This document shows, one piece after another, positions 29,096 through 38,021 of a stretch of DNA of 64,000 nucleotides. Every line of letters begins with the position of its first letter. The first letter of the stretch is position 1. Under the pieces are notes generated by a model. It was not told the DNA's origin. It searched no databases and saw nothing but the letters and a program-made list of their open reading frames with translations. The position numbers and the translations under genes were made by a program. Source of the DNA: an uncultured Gammaproteobacteria bacterium (lineage in GTDB: Bacteria; Patescibacteriota; Microgenomatia; JAMCZE01); contig CAZNUP010000002.1 of assembly GCA_964576435.1 (NCBI GenBank), positions 183,182 to 247,181 of the forward strand, written 5' to 3'.

Positions 29096-30205
29096 ATGGA
29101 AAAAATTTCGAGAAGAGATTTTTTGAAAATAGCTGCTACAGTATTTGAAGGGGCTTTAGTGCTCCCGTTAGTAGCTTGTGGACCCTCACTTAACAATTCT
29201 GAATGTCCCGCGAATTTTACAGATGGGCTAAATGAGTTCATGGCTGATTTGGCGAAATCTAAAAAAATAGGGCTGCCCGAACTGAAAAAAAGGATATCGA
29301 ATCAATTTCCTTCGCAAAACTCTGTATTACTTATGGGTGAATCGCATCAAGATGAAAAGCAAGAAGCAATTGCTAAAGAAATTATTGGCGGACTGATATC
29401 TTCAAAAAAAATTGGGCAAATGTTTTACGAAACTGATCTTTTCTGGCAACACGAGACTATTGATCCATCAGTTAACACTAATGAGTTTAATGCTTGGTCC
29501 TTTCAGGAAATACAGAATATTAATCCGTCTTCTGAGAATGGAGTAGTTTTATATGCAGGTTTTATGCATGTTTACCCGGAATTGCATCAAAAATGGGCAT
29601 ATAATGAAACTGACTCTTTTTATGAATTGACGCAAAAGCCAGAATATAAGACTTTATGGGAACTCTGTAAAAGTAGAGGCGTTAATCCGATGACTTTTTT
29701 AATGATGCGAAGTGACGGAGTATATGTGGATGCTGAACTGGATATCTTAAGAGGAATCCAAGCAGTTGGTTTGCCTGAATTTGAGCGAATTATTGACGCA
29801 AGGAATAGCTTTGAATGCGGTGCTTTATTAGTTGAACAAGATAAGATTTTTGACCTTGGTAATGAAGTTTATATCTATCTTTCGCCAAATATGCATTCGA
29901 AATATGGGGAAGGCCAATTATTGGGAGCGGCCGCTGATATTTCCCGAGCTTTATATAGTCCCTTTTCACCACTTCCAAATATTGATTTAAGGAAATTAAG
30001 ATTTCACAGTGCCATATATATTGGGGGTAGGGATGGATATGGATACCATCAGAATGTTGATTATGTTTTACACCTTATAGACGATGATTATGGCTATGAC
30101 TTTATTTTTCCTTCGAGTGAAAGAGCAACTATGATTTTGGATATTTTCAATATCTTGCAACGGGAATACACGCAGAAGAACATTCGCATAGATCGACCTC
30201 GTTAA
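29096..30205 (+). CDS. Tat-signal lipoprotein, ChaN/TraB/TIKI-superfamily-like (GESH motif)
   Basis: MEKISRRDFLKIAATVFEGALVLPLVAC carries a canonical SRRxFLK twin-arginine motif and an L-V-A-C lipobox. LLMGESHQDEKQ resembles the GExH motif of ChaN-like proteins. Confidence 0.55.
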   Translation: MEKISRRDFLKIAATVFEGALVLPLVACGPSLNNSECPANFTDGLNEFMADLAKSKKIGLPELKKRISNQFPSQNSVLLMGESHQDEKQEAIAKEIIGGLISSKKIGQMFYETDLFWQHETIDPSVNTNEFNAWSFQEIQNINPSSENGVVLYAGFMHVYPELHQKWAYNETDSFYELTQKPEYKTLWELCKSRGVNPMTFLMMRSDGVYVDAELDILRGIQAVGLPEFERIIDARNSFECGALLVEQDKIFDLGNEVYIYLSPNMHSKYGEGQLLGAAADISRALYSPFSPLPNIDLRKLRFHSAIYIGGRDGYGYHQNVDYVLHLIDDDYGYDFIFPSSERATMILDIFNILQREYTQKNIRIDRPR

Positions 30206-30221
30206 TCATACTTATTTGGCT

Positions 30222-30354
30222 GTATAATCTGAGAATGCTTAAGGTAGGAATGCGATTTACGCTTTCCCACAAAATAGATTTCTCCAATTTACGTTCGACT
30301 TCCAACTTCCGAAACCCGCTAAAGAGAGGCTAATAATTGAAAGAGATAAATTAG
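30222..30354 (+). ncRNA. candidate small RNA / cis-regulatory leader element, copy B (own -10 TATAAT at 30223-30228)
   Basis: Paralogous to 28832..28961. It sits in the intergenic leader of the 30403 gene. Confidence 0.35.
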
Positions 30355-30390
30355 GTCGAATTGTGCAGTCACAAGTGTCATCGTTAGCGA

Positions 30391-30396
30391 TATAAT
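30391..30396 (+). promoter_or_regulatory. -10 box (TATAAT) 6 nt upstream of ATG 30403 (leaderless arrangement)
   Basis: gcgatataattgttttATG: TATAAT at 30391-30396 with no Shine-Dalgarno between it and the ATG. Confidence 0.35.
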
Positions 30397-30402
30397 TGTT
30401 TT

Positions 30403-31023
30403 ATGTTGAATCAAGATTTGCCGCAGCCTAAAGAGGGTGAGACTAAAGAAGTTCCGATTATTAAAGATCGTGAGCTTTGTAGTAAGGTTATCGATTTTTT
30501 AGATAAAATGACTGTTATTCTTGTAGATAGTGTTGATGCTGAGGTTAAAATGGGTTCAGAAAATCAACCAGAAATACCAACAAAGTTTGAAACAGTTCTT
30601 GTTGAAGGCAAAGGTTTGAATATACGGGTTGGAGTAGATAGAGATGAAGATATTGCCTGGGATATTCATTTTGGCATTCGTGGAAAAAATAGTCGCAAAG
30701 CAGCAGAGGCAGAAGGTATTACAGTCTATGAGACTTTTCAAACCATGATAGATGATTTGGGAAACCTTAAAACTGTCGTACAAAATAATCCGCAAATAGA
30801 ACCAAGAATGATTGTCAGCCGTACTACAAATGGAACGATGTTTGATTTTGCAAAACGTATTGGCATTATAAAAGGTGTATTGCCATCAGAATATAGGTTC
30901 GAAGGAGACCAAGGAGAAATGGATCCATTGGTTTTTGACAAAGATAGACTGTTTGATCTGATGTATAAAGTGGACAAGAATGTAAGTTATAGAGATAATC
31001 TAAAAGTTATTTTGGGAAAGTGA
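30403..31023 (+). CDS. hypothetical protein
   Basis: 206-aa ORF, acidic, no motif recognised. Confidence 0.45.
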   Translation: MLNQDLPQPKEGETKEVPIIKDRELCSKVIDFLDKMTVILVDSVDAEVKMGSENQPEIPTKFETVLVEGKGLNIRVGVDRDEDIAWDIHFGIRGKNSRKAAEAEGITVYETFQTMIDDLGNLKTVVQNNPQIEPRMIVSRTTNGTMFDFAKRIGIIKGVLPSEYRFEGDQGEMDPLVFDKDRLFDLMYKVDKNVSYRDNLKVILGK

Positions 31024-31029
31024 TGCAAA

Positions 31030-32070
31030 ATGTTAAAAATTGGAATTGTCGGTTTAGCAAATGTTGGAAAGTCTACTTTGTTTAATGCTCTTCTTAGAAG
31101 ACAGCAGGCGATGGTGGCAAATTACCCGTTTGCAACCATTGAGCCAAATATAGGGATTGTGCCAGTTCCTGATCAAAGGTTATCTGATCTTCAAAAGGTA
31201 ATTGGAGAAGGAACTCCAATTGTTCCAGCCACTGTTCAATTTGTAGATATTGCTGGTCTTGTTAAAGGAGCTGCTACTGGAGCTGGTCTTGGAAATAAAT
31301 TTCTGTCACATATTAGGGAAGTGGATATCATTGCTCAGGTGGTTAGAGCATTTCCAGATGAAGACGTAATTCGCGAAGGAAGCACGACTCCACTTGATGA
31401 CATTCAAATTATTAATACTGAACTTATACTTGCTGATCTTCAATCTATTGAAAAAATAGATGCTGCTAAAGAACGTAATCCACATAAAGCTAGTGCTGTT
31501 TTGAAACTTAAAAAAGAACTGGACGGCGGAAAACTTGCTAGAGATGTTTCATTGACTCCTGAAGAACTTGAAGGAATTAAGGATTTACAGCTTCTAACGA
31601 TGAAGAAGATTATCTACGTGTTCAATGTAAACACGGCTTCTAAATGGGAAGACTTAGCTAACTTACCTCAACCATTTTGTGTGATTGATGCCAAACTTGA
31701 AGCGGAACTAGCTCAACTTGATCCCACTGAACAAGAAGAATATTTGGCAAGTCTTGGAATTAAAGAGTCTGGAGTTGATCAATTTATTCGCTTAGCCTAT
31801 CAAGCACTTGGATTAATTTCTTTCCTAACAGCTGGTGAGAAAGAAGTTAGAGCGTGGCCAATTCCAAATGGGTTCAAAGCACCACAAGCTGCTGGGACAA
31901 TTCATACTGACTTTGAAAAAGGATTTATTAAGGCAGAAGTTGTGGACTTCAAGGATTTTATTGAATCTAAGGGATGGAAAGGGGCACGTGAGGTGGGGAA
32001 AGCAAGGATCGAAGGTAGGGACTATATAATGAAGGATGGGGATGTGGTTGAATTTAGAGTTAATTCTTAG
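31030..32070 (+). CDS. ychF: ribosome-binding ATPase YchF (Obg-family GTPase)
   Basis: MLKIGIVGLANVGKSTLFNAL G1 motif, NYPFATIEPN, DIAGLV, and a C-terminal TGS domain (IEGRDYIMKDGDVVEFRVN). Confidence 0.93.
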   Translation: MLKIGIVGLANVGKSTLFNALLRRQQAMVANYPFATIEPNIGIVPVPDQRLSDLQKVIGEGTPIVPATVQFVDIAGLVKGAATGAGLGNKFLSHIREVDIIAQVVRAFPDEDVIREGSTTPLDDIQIINTELILADLQSIEKIDAAKERNPHKASAVLKLKKELDGGKLARDVSLTPEELEGIKDLQLLTMKKIIYVFNVNTASKWEDLANLPQPFCVIDAKLEAELAQLDPTEQEEYLASLGIKESGVDQFIRLAYQALGLISFLTAGEKEVRAWPIPNGFKAPQAAGTIHTDFEKGFIKAEVVDFKDFIESKGWKGAREVGKARIEGRDYIMKDGDVVEFRVNS

Positions 32071-32129
32071 CCTAGTTAGGCCTAGTTGTTGCGATTATCA
32101 GGTATTGTTGCTAAAATAGGGGACAAGAC

Positions 32130-32414
32130 ATGAGAGAATATGAACTTACAGTTTTAGTTGACGGGAAATTGGACGAAAAGACAGTTTCCAAAGTTGTTAA
32201 AGATTTAAGTGAGCTTTTAACTAAAGTTAAGGCCAAAATCAAATCCAAGACAGATCCAGCTAAAAAACAAATGGCTTACGAAATCGAAGGAACTCGAGAA
32301 GCTTACTATTTGTTTTTTGATTTAGAACTGGACCCAGCAACTGTACTTGAAGTTGATGCTAAAGTTAAACTCATTGATAATGTGATTAGGTATTTATTAG
32401 TCAAAAAGAATTAA
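32130..32414 (+). CDS. rpsF: 30S ribosomal protein S6
   Basis: MREYELTVLVD start, 94 aa, and the rpsF-ssb-rpsR gene order. Confidence 0.88.
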   Translation: MREYELTVLVDGKLDEKTVSKVVKDLSELLTKVKAKIKSKTDPAKKQMAYEIEGTREAYYLFFDLELDPATVLEVDAKVKLIDNVIRYLLVKKN

Positions 32415-32939
32415 ATGGCATCTAAGTCCCTAAACAAAGTTACATTGATTGGAAACGTTACTAGAGATCCTGAACTTAGATATACACCACAGGGAAATGC
32501 AGTTGCTACATTTGGACTTGCAACTAATAGACAATGGAAAACAGAATCAGGTGAAATTCGCGAAGATGCTGAATTTCACAGACTCGTTGCTTGGAACAAG
32601 TTGGCTGAACTTTGTAGCCAACTTATTACAAAAGGAAGAAAGATTTATGTTGAAGGGAGACTTCAAACAAGAAGTTTCACTGGAAGCGACAATGCTCAAC
32701 ACACAATCACTGAAATTGTGATTGACGACATGATTCTTTTGGACTCAAAGTTTGGAGGGCAAGGTCAAAGACCAGCAACAGAAGCTGTAACACCTGAAAT
32801 TGCAGCAACTGAAGAAGTGCAAGGCGTTCAAGAGGAAGTACCAGCGGAACCAAAAGCAACTAAGGGAAAGAAGAAAACTGAAGAAGAAGATGCTAAACCA
32901 AATAATGAAAACGTCGATATCGGAGATATACCATTTTAA
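32415..32939 (+). CDS. ssb: single-stranded DNA-binding protein
   Basis: OB-fold N-terminus ([32 protein letters not shown]), a Gly/Gln-rich linker and an acidic tail ending DIPF. Confidence 0.93.
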   Translation: MASKSLNKVTLIGNVTRDPELRYTPQGNAVATFGLATNRQWKTESGEIREDAEFHRLVAWNKLAELCSQLITKGRKIYVEGRLQTRSFTGSDNAQHTITEIVIDDMILLDSKFGGQGQRPATEAVTPEIAATEEVQGVQEEVPAEPKATKGKKKTEEEDAKPNNENVDIGDIPF

Positions 32940-32944
32940 ATAAT

Positions 32945-33178
32945 ATGTTTAGAAAACCTTTTAAACCAAAACCAGTAAAAGAAAATTGTCCTTTCTGCAA
33001 AGAGGATAGGGTTCCTGATTATAAGAATTTTGAGGAACTTAGAAAATATGTCTCTGAACGCGGCAAGATTATTGGAAGAGCACGATCTGGAATTTGTGCT
33101 AAACACCAAAGAGATCTGGCTGTTGAAATCAAAAAAGCTAGACATATTGCTACGCTTCCATTTGTTTCAGGATTATGA
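32945..33178 (+). CDS. rpsR: 30S ribosomal protein S18
   Basis: CPFC...DYKN...[11 protein letters not shown]...R..GICAKHQR matches S18. Confidence 0.93.
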   Translation: MFRKPFKPKPVKENCPFCKEDRVPDYKNFEELRKYVSERGKIIGRARSGICAKHQRDLAVEIKKARHIATLPFVSGL

Positions 33179-33435
33179 GAATAACAACACCAAAAATTGT
33201 ATCTGCTACTGAAATTGGGGGCATTTTTTCTTTAAATGGAGAAGAAATTAAAAAAATGGGTGGAGCAGAGATAGCGGCGCATGTGCTTACAATGAAAGGT
33301 TACATTTTTATATGTCAGGACCTTCAAGAGGGAAGTGCAAAGTTCATACCTATGTCAGATGGAAACCAAGATAGGCTGCATCAGGCAATAAAAACCTTCG
33401 AACATTATGGTGTGTCAATCGAGAGAAAGACCTAA
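33175..33435 (+). CDS. hypothetical protein
   Basis: 86-aa ORF whose start overlaps the rpsR stop. Confidence 0.35.
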   Translation: MRITTPKIVSATEIGGIFSLNGEEIKKMGGAEIAAHVLTMKGYIFICQDLQEGSAKFIPMSDGNQDRLHQAIKTFEHYGVSIERKT

Positions 33436-33480
33436 TACTTCTTTGAATTAACTTATTCATCTGTTACTATTACCACTGAA

Positions 33481-33855
33481 ATGGTTTCATATCAAAACAT
33501 CTCCCGTTGGTTAACTTTTAAAATGGATCCGGTTTCAATTGAAGATTGGGTAGCTAATCGTGAACTTTTTGGTCCCGTTCACAAACCTTCCAAAGAAGAT
33601 GAAGAACTTGAAAAAGCTTATTCCATTGAAAGTGGTAACGAAATTAGTGAACTTCTACTTTTCAAAATCGAAGACAAAGCCCTTGATCTTGAGGTAACTG
33701 ACTATGAAGGAAAAGTTAAGAAGATGAAAGTTGATAAAGGGGATTTTTTAACAATTAGCCCAAATGGAGGGAATATTAAACTTCGAATTCGTGGCAAGAA
33801 TGAAACAACCTGGGAAGGTGGAGGTAAACAAAAAATTGTAATTGAAGCTGTATGA
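33481..33855 (+). CDS. hypothetical protein
   Basis: 124-aa ORF. Confidence 0.35.
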   Translation: MVSYQNISRWLTFKMDPVSIEDWVANRELFGPVHKPSKEDEELEKAYSIESGNEISELLLFKIEDKALDLEVTDYEGKVKKMKVDKGDFLTISPNGGNIKLRIRGKNETTWEGGGKQKIVIEAV

Positions 33856-34214
33856 TTTTAAATTCAAAAATTGGTTTTGGTGGAGGAGCTAACGGGGAAA
33901 TTGTTGTACTTCCTGAGGATGTTAAAACAGAGGATCTTACTATGGATCTAGCAGGCAAAGTTTTAATATTTTTAACCTCTCCTTCAAAAGAGATCTTAGA
34001 AAAAACTAGGTTTCTTGGAGTTAGTGGGGTAGTTGTCCCTGAAATGCATTTTAGAGACTTTGAATATTTCAAAGAGATGGGAGAGTTTGTTATTATAGTT
34101 CTTCAAAGGTTTGGAGTAGGTCCACTTGAAAAGGAACTTAAAGATAAACTTTCTAAATTATCTGGTAAGAAGGGTGAAGTTAATGGAGAGCAACATGAAA
34201 TTAAAATCGGTTAG
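33852..34214 (+). CDS. hypothetical protein
   Basis: 120-aa ORF overlapping both neighbours. Confidence 0.35.
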   Translation: MILNSKIGFGGGANGEIVVLPEDVKTEDLTMDLAGKVLIFLTSPSKEILEKTRFLGVSGVVVPEMHFRDFEYFKEMGEFVIIVLQRFGVGPLEKELKDKLSKLSGKKGEVNGEQHEIKIG

Positions 34215-35403
34215 GAATATAGTTTTGATTTTGGTTTTAGTCCTCATTTCTGGATGGGTTGGGTATTCAATTGGGACAAAAAATACCATTCCAATGACGA
34301 CAAGTGGAGGGAAGGCGGACCTAACTTTATTTTGGACAGTTTGGAATGAAATTAGTCAAAAATATGTAGACAAATCTAAAGTTGATTCCGAAAAGATGGT
34401 TTATGGAGCAATTTCTGGAATGGTGGCTGCTGTTGGAGATCCTTACACTGTATTTTTACCTCCTACTGAAAATAAAGAATCTAAAGAACAGTTAAATGGA
34501 AACTTCCAAGGAATTGGAGCACAACTTGGAATTAAAGATAAAAGGATTGTAGTTATTGCACCCCTTAATGATTCACCAGCTGAAAAAGCAGGAATAATGC
34601 CTGGGGATTGGATTTTAAAAGTTAATGGAAAAGAGACAATGAAATGGACACTTCCTGAAGCGGTTTCTAAAATTCGCGGTCCCAAGGGATCAACAGTTGC
34701 CTTAAATATTTTGCATGAAGGAGACAATGAGCCTAAGGATTATAAGATTATGAGGGATGATATTATTTTAAATAGCGTTGAATGGGAAGTTGTTTCTTCG
34801 ACCAGTTCGGCAGCTCCCAAGAAAGCAATTCACTTGAAACTTATGAGGTTTGGAGACCAGACACAACCTCAATGGGATAAAGCAATTTCTCAAATAAATG
34901 GGTATTTAGCTACTAACTCAGCAAATACAGCTGGAGTCATCTTGGATGTTCGAAATAATCCTGGAGGGTATTTGACTGGTGCAGTTTTTACAGCATCTGA
35001 ATTTTTGCCTAATAACTCAGTAGTTGTTAAACAATCTAGCTATGATGGAAACGTGCAAACATATTCAGTGGATCGTGTGGGAAATATGCTCTCAGTGCCA
35101 CTAGTAGTATTAATTAACAAAGGATCGGCATCAGCATCCGAGATTTTAGCTGGGGCTTTGCAAACTGCAAAAAGGGCAAAGCTTGTTGGTGAACAAAGTT
35201 TTGGAAAGGGAAGCGTCCAACAAGCGGAAGACTTGCCAAATGGAGCTGGACTTCACGTAACAACTGCCAAATGGTTACTTTCAGATGGTAACTGGATTCA
35301 AGGTAAGGGGTTGACACCTGATCTTGAGGCTTTGGGAGCTAGTCAAGAAGCTACACAGGATGGCCAACTTGATGCAGCGATCAAGCTTTTGAATAAAAAG
35401 TAA
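34195..35403 (+). CDS. ctpA: carboxyl-terminal processing (S41 tail-specific) protease
   Basis: TM anchor, a PDZ domain and the S41 motifs (LVVLINKGSASASEILAGALQ). The start is set at the ATG at 34195, which follows a GGAGAG ribosome-binding site. The ORF track gives 34126. Confidence 0.83.
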   Translation: MKLKSVRNIVLILVLVLISGWVGYSIGTKNTIPMTTSGGKADLTLFWTVWNEISQKYVDKSKVDSEKMVYGAISGMVAAVGDPYTVFLPPTENKESKEQLNGNFQGIGAQLGIKDKRIVVIAPLNDSPAEKAGIMPGDWILKVNGKETMKWTLPEAVSKIRGPKGSTVALNILHEGDNEPKDYKIMRDDIILNSVEWEVVSSTSSAAPKKAIHLKLMRFGDQTQPQWDKAISQINGYLATNSANTAGVILDVRNNPGGYLTGAVFTASEFLPNNSVVVKQSSYDGNVQTYSVDRVGNMLSVPLVVLINKGSASASEILAGALQTAKRAKLVGEQSFGKGSVQQAEDLPNGAGLHVTTAKWLLSDGNWIQGKGLTPDLEALGASQEATQDGQLDAAIKLLNKK

Positions 35404-35447
35404 ACTTCAGCTTTTTTTCAGCAAATATTCTTACAATCCCTTGTAAT

Positions 35448-36605
35448 ATGGCAAAAAGAGCGTTTATTTTGGGGTCAATAGTTGTAGTCGTCTTACTTCT
35501 CATTGTTGGGAGTGAACGATTTAAACTTAGCGCCGACCAACTTCCACAAGTCCTTAGGATAACTGGACCTAATGTTGGGGAATCTACGACGCAACCACTT
35601 GAGAACACCAAAGTAGTTTCTGAGGAGTCGTTAACTATCGATGTTGTTAAGAGGGTGTCACCATCTGTTGTAACAGTGGGAATTACAAAAACACAGGCTC
35701 CGGTCCAACAGAGTTTTGGTTTTTTTAGTTTACAAGATGAACAGCAAGAACCACGAGAAATTAAACAAGACATTGGGTCAGGATTTATTGTTAAAGAGGA
35801 TGGCCTAATCATCACAAATAGACATGTAGTTTCTGATACTGATGCTAAATATCGGGTAATTACATCGGATAATAAAAGCTATGATGTTCAGAAGATTTAC
35901 CGGGATCCAACAAACGATCTTGCAATCTTAAAGATTAATGCCAAATCTTTACCAGTTGTTGAACTGGGGGATTCGGAAAAACTTCAAGTTGGGCAATTTG
36001 CTCTCGCAATTGGAACTGCACTCGGAGAATTTAGAAGTACTGTAACAACTGGTGTTGTTTCCGGGCTCTCAAGGGGGATTACTGCCGGATCTCCCTTTGA
36101 GGGCTCAGAGAAACTGGAGAATGTGATTCAAACATCTGCTCCAATTAATCCCGGAAATTCCGGGGGTCCGCTACTTAATTCAGCGGGACAAGTGATTGGA
36201 GTTAATGTAGCGGTTGCTCAAGAAGCTGATAATATTGGTTTTGCACTGCCAATTAATCTTCTTAAGGATTCTCTTAAGACATTTGAATCAAATGGAGCAT
36301 TTGCGCCAAGAGCGTATTTGGGAGTTTCTTATCAAATGGTAACAAGGGATCTTGCTGTTTTAAATGAAATTCCTGAGGGAGCTTTTGTTCAGGATGTTGG
36401 GGAAGATACACCAGCTGGGAAAGCCGGAGTTGTGAGAGGGGATATAATTACAAAAATTGATGGAACACAACTTCGTGATACTGAAGGTGGGCTGGCTAAG
36501 GTAATTGCTTCGAAAAAACCAGGCCAGACAGTTGAACTTACAATTTATACCAATGATGGGGATACAAAGAATATAAAGGTAACACTAAGTGAGTCTGAAC
36601 AATAA
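35448..36605 (+). CDS. htrA: HtrA/DegP-family trypsin-like serine protease with PDZ domain
   Basis: Catalytic triad context (ITNRHVV; DLAILKI; NPGNSGGPLLN) and a C-terminal PDZ domain. Confidence 0.88.
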   Translation: MAKRAFILGSIVVVVLLLIVGSERFKLSADQLPQVLRITGPNVGESTTQPLENTKVVSEESLTIDVVKRVSPSVVTVGITKTQAPVQQSFGFFSLQDEQQEPREIKQDIGSGFIVKEDGLIITNRHVVSDTDAKYRVITSDNKSYDVQKIYRDPTNDLAILKINAKSLPVVELGDSEKLQVGQFALAIGTALGEFRSTVTTGVVSGLSRGITAGSPFEGSEKLENVIQTSAPINPGNSGGPLLNSAGQVIGVNVAVAQEADNIGFALPINLLKDSLKTFESNGAFAPRAYLGVSYQMVTRDLAVLNEIPEGAFVQDVGEDTPAGKAGVVRGDIITKIDGTQLRDTEGGLAKVIASKKPGQTVELTIYTNDGDTKNIKVTLSESEQ

Positions 36606-36609
36606 AAAC

Positions 36610-37104
36610 TTACTCCTGAAAACCCGGTCTGTCTTGAGGAAATTGCCTAATTTTTATTAGGGCGTCTGCTACAATTGGTGCATCTCTTCGGAAAAAACCT
36701 GAAATCTCTACAAAACTTACACCTCTAGCTGTGAGGTCAGCTTCAGTTATATCGTAAGATTTCAGTGTCGACAAAATGTCGTATCGTGCGTTGGTATTGT
36801 AAATAAATGGTAAAATTCTGTTTTCTGTAAGTATTAGTCTTCTTGCTAACTTGCAATAGACTTCAAAGCTTTGCTCATATGTTGTGGGAAGTAAGAAAAG
36901 GTCTGCGATTAAAAGCGTTTTGTCATTATGTACACCTTCAAAATAGGTTGCTCCCATTCTAGGTGTGGAATCAACTTGAATGCCTGTCAACTCGGCCAAT
37001 TCGGTCATCAATGATGTAAAGTGTCGTGGGCTTGTAAATGCTGTTCCCACAGTGACATCTTTTAGAGAGGAATACCTTTCTCCCGCTGAAGATGGATTAA
37101 GCAT
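36610..37104 (-). CDS. hypothetical protein
   Basis: 164-aa ORF in an operon with prfA-like and rpmE. No motif recognised. Confidence 0.35.
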   Translation of the reverse strand: MLNPSSAGERYSSLKDVTVGTAFTSPRHFTSLMTELAELTGIQVDSTPRMGATYFEGVHNDKTLLIADLFLLPTTYEQSFEVYCKLARRLILTENRILPFIYNTNARYDILSTLKSYDITEADLTARGVSFVEISGFFRRDAPIVADALIKIRQFPQDRPGFQE

Positions 37105-37112
37105 TTACCCTA

Positions 37113-38021
37113 TTATAGTAGTCTAAATTTGTTTTGCAACTCTGAAACTATTTCATCCATTTTTCCTTCCATAATCGCTTGGATATTGTGAAAGTTTTCG
37201 TCTAACCTGTGATCTGTCACTCTGTCCTGGAGGAAGTTATAGGTGCGGATTTTTTCGTTTCTCATACCTGTTCCTACTTGGGAGAGTCTATCTGCTGAGA
37301 GTTCAGCGGCTTGTCTTTCTTCCTCTCTTTCCCAAAGAAGGGTGCGAAGTTTCTTCATTGCTTTTTCTCTGTTTTTTGGTTGATCACGTTCATCTTGGCA
37401 GGTAACTACTATTCCACTTGGAATGTGAGTCAGTCTAACAGCTGAGCTAACTTTGTTGACGTTTTGACCGCCGTGGCCTCCGGCTCTATAGAAGTCTTCT
37501 TGGATTTCTGAGGGATCGATATGAATATCAAAATCTTCTAGCTCTGGTAAAACAGCTACTGTTGCAGTTGATGTGTGGACACGGCCGGCTGATTCAGTCT
37601 CAGGGACTCTTTGAACGCGGTGGACTCCAGATTCATACTTTAGTTTGCTGTAAGCACCCTTACCTCTTATTGTGATCATGGATTCACCTTGAGCTACCTT
37701 CCAACCTTGTGTGGCTGCATAGCGAGAATACATTCTTAGTAGGTCTTCTCCCCACATTTTGGCTTCTTCGCCGCCTGCGGCGCCACGAATTTCAACAATG
37801 ACATTTCTTCCGTTCCACTTGGCATCAGGATCTCCTGGATCTGAAGAAGCTTGTGTTTGGGGAGTGGTGGAGTTTATTAGAAGATTTTTTTCTTCTTCAA
37901 GTCTTTTGATTTCTTCTTTGGCCATTTCTGCCATAGAGGGGTCAGAAGCAAGGCTTTGTGCTTCACTAATTTTATTATCCAAATCAGCGATTTGGGGTTT
38001 TAGGTAGTCAGGAATGTCCAT
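37113..38021 (-). CDS. prfA: peptide chain release factor 1-like (PET/GGQ motifs), short N-terminus
   Basis: RVQRVPETESAGRVHTSTATVAVLPE (PxT-type motif, not SPF) and AGGHGGQNVNKVSSAVRLTHIPSGIVVTCQDERDQ (GGQ). At 302 aa it is about 60 aa shorter than a typical RF1. Confidence 0.8.
   Translation of the reverse strand: MDIPDYLKPQIADLDNKISEAQSLASDPSMAEMAKEEIKRLEEEKNLLINSTTPQTQASSDPGDPDAKWNGRNVIVEIRGAAGGEEAKMWGEDLLRMYSRYAATQGWKVAQGESMITIRGKGAYSKLKYESGVHRVQRVPETESAGRVHTSTATVAVLPELEDFDIHIDPSEIQEDFYRAGGHGGQNVNKVSSAVRLTHIPSGIVVTCQDERDQPKNREKAMKKLRTLLWEREEERQAAELSADRLSQVGTGMRNEKIRTYNFLQDRVTDHRLDENFHNIQAIMEGKMDEIVSELQNKFRLL

Noticed and set aside
37113-38021. Programmed +1 frameshift of prfB
   Set aside because: The protein carries the RF1 PxT-type motif rather than the RF2 SPF motif, and the ORF is continuous from its start, so this is not an RF2 frameshift gene.
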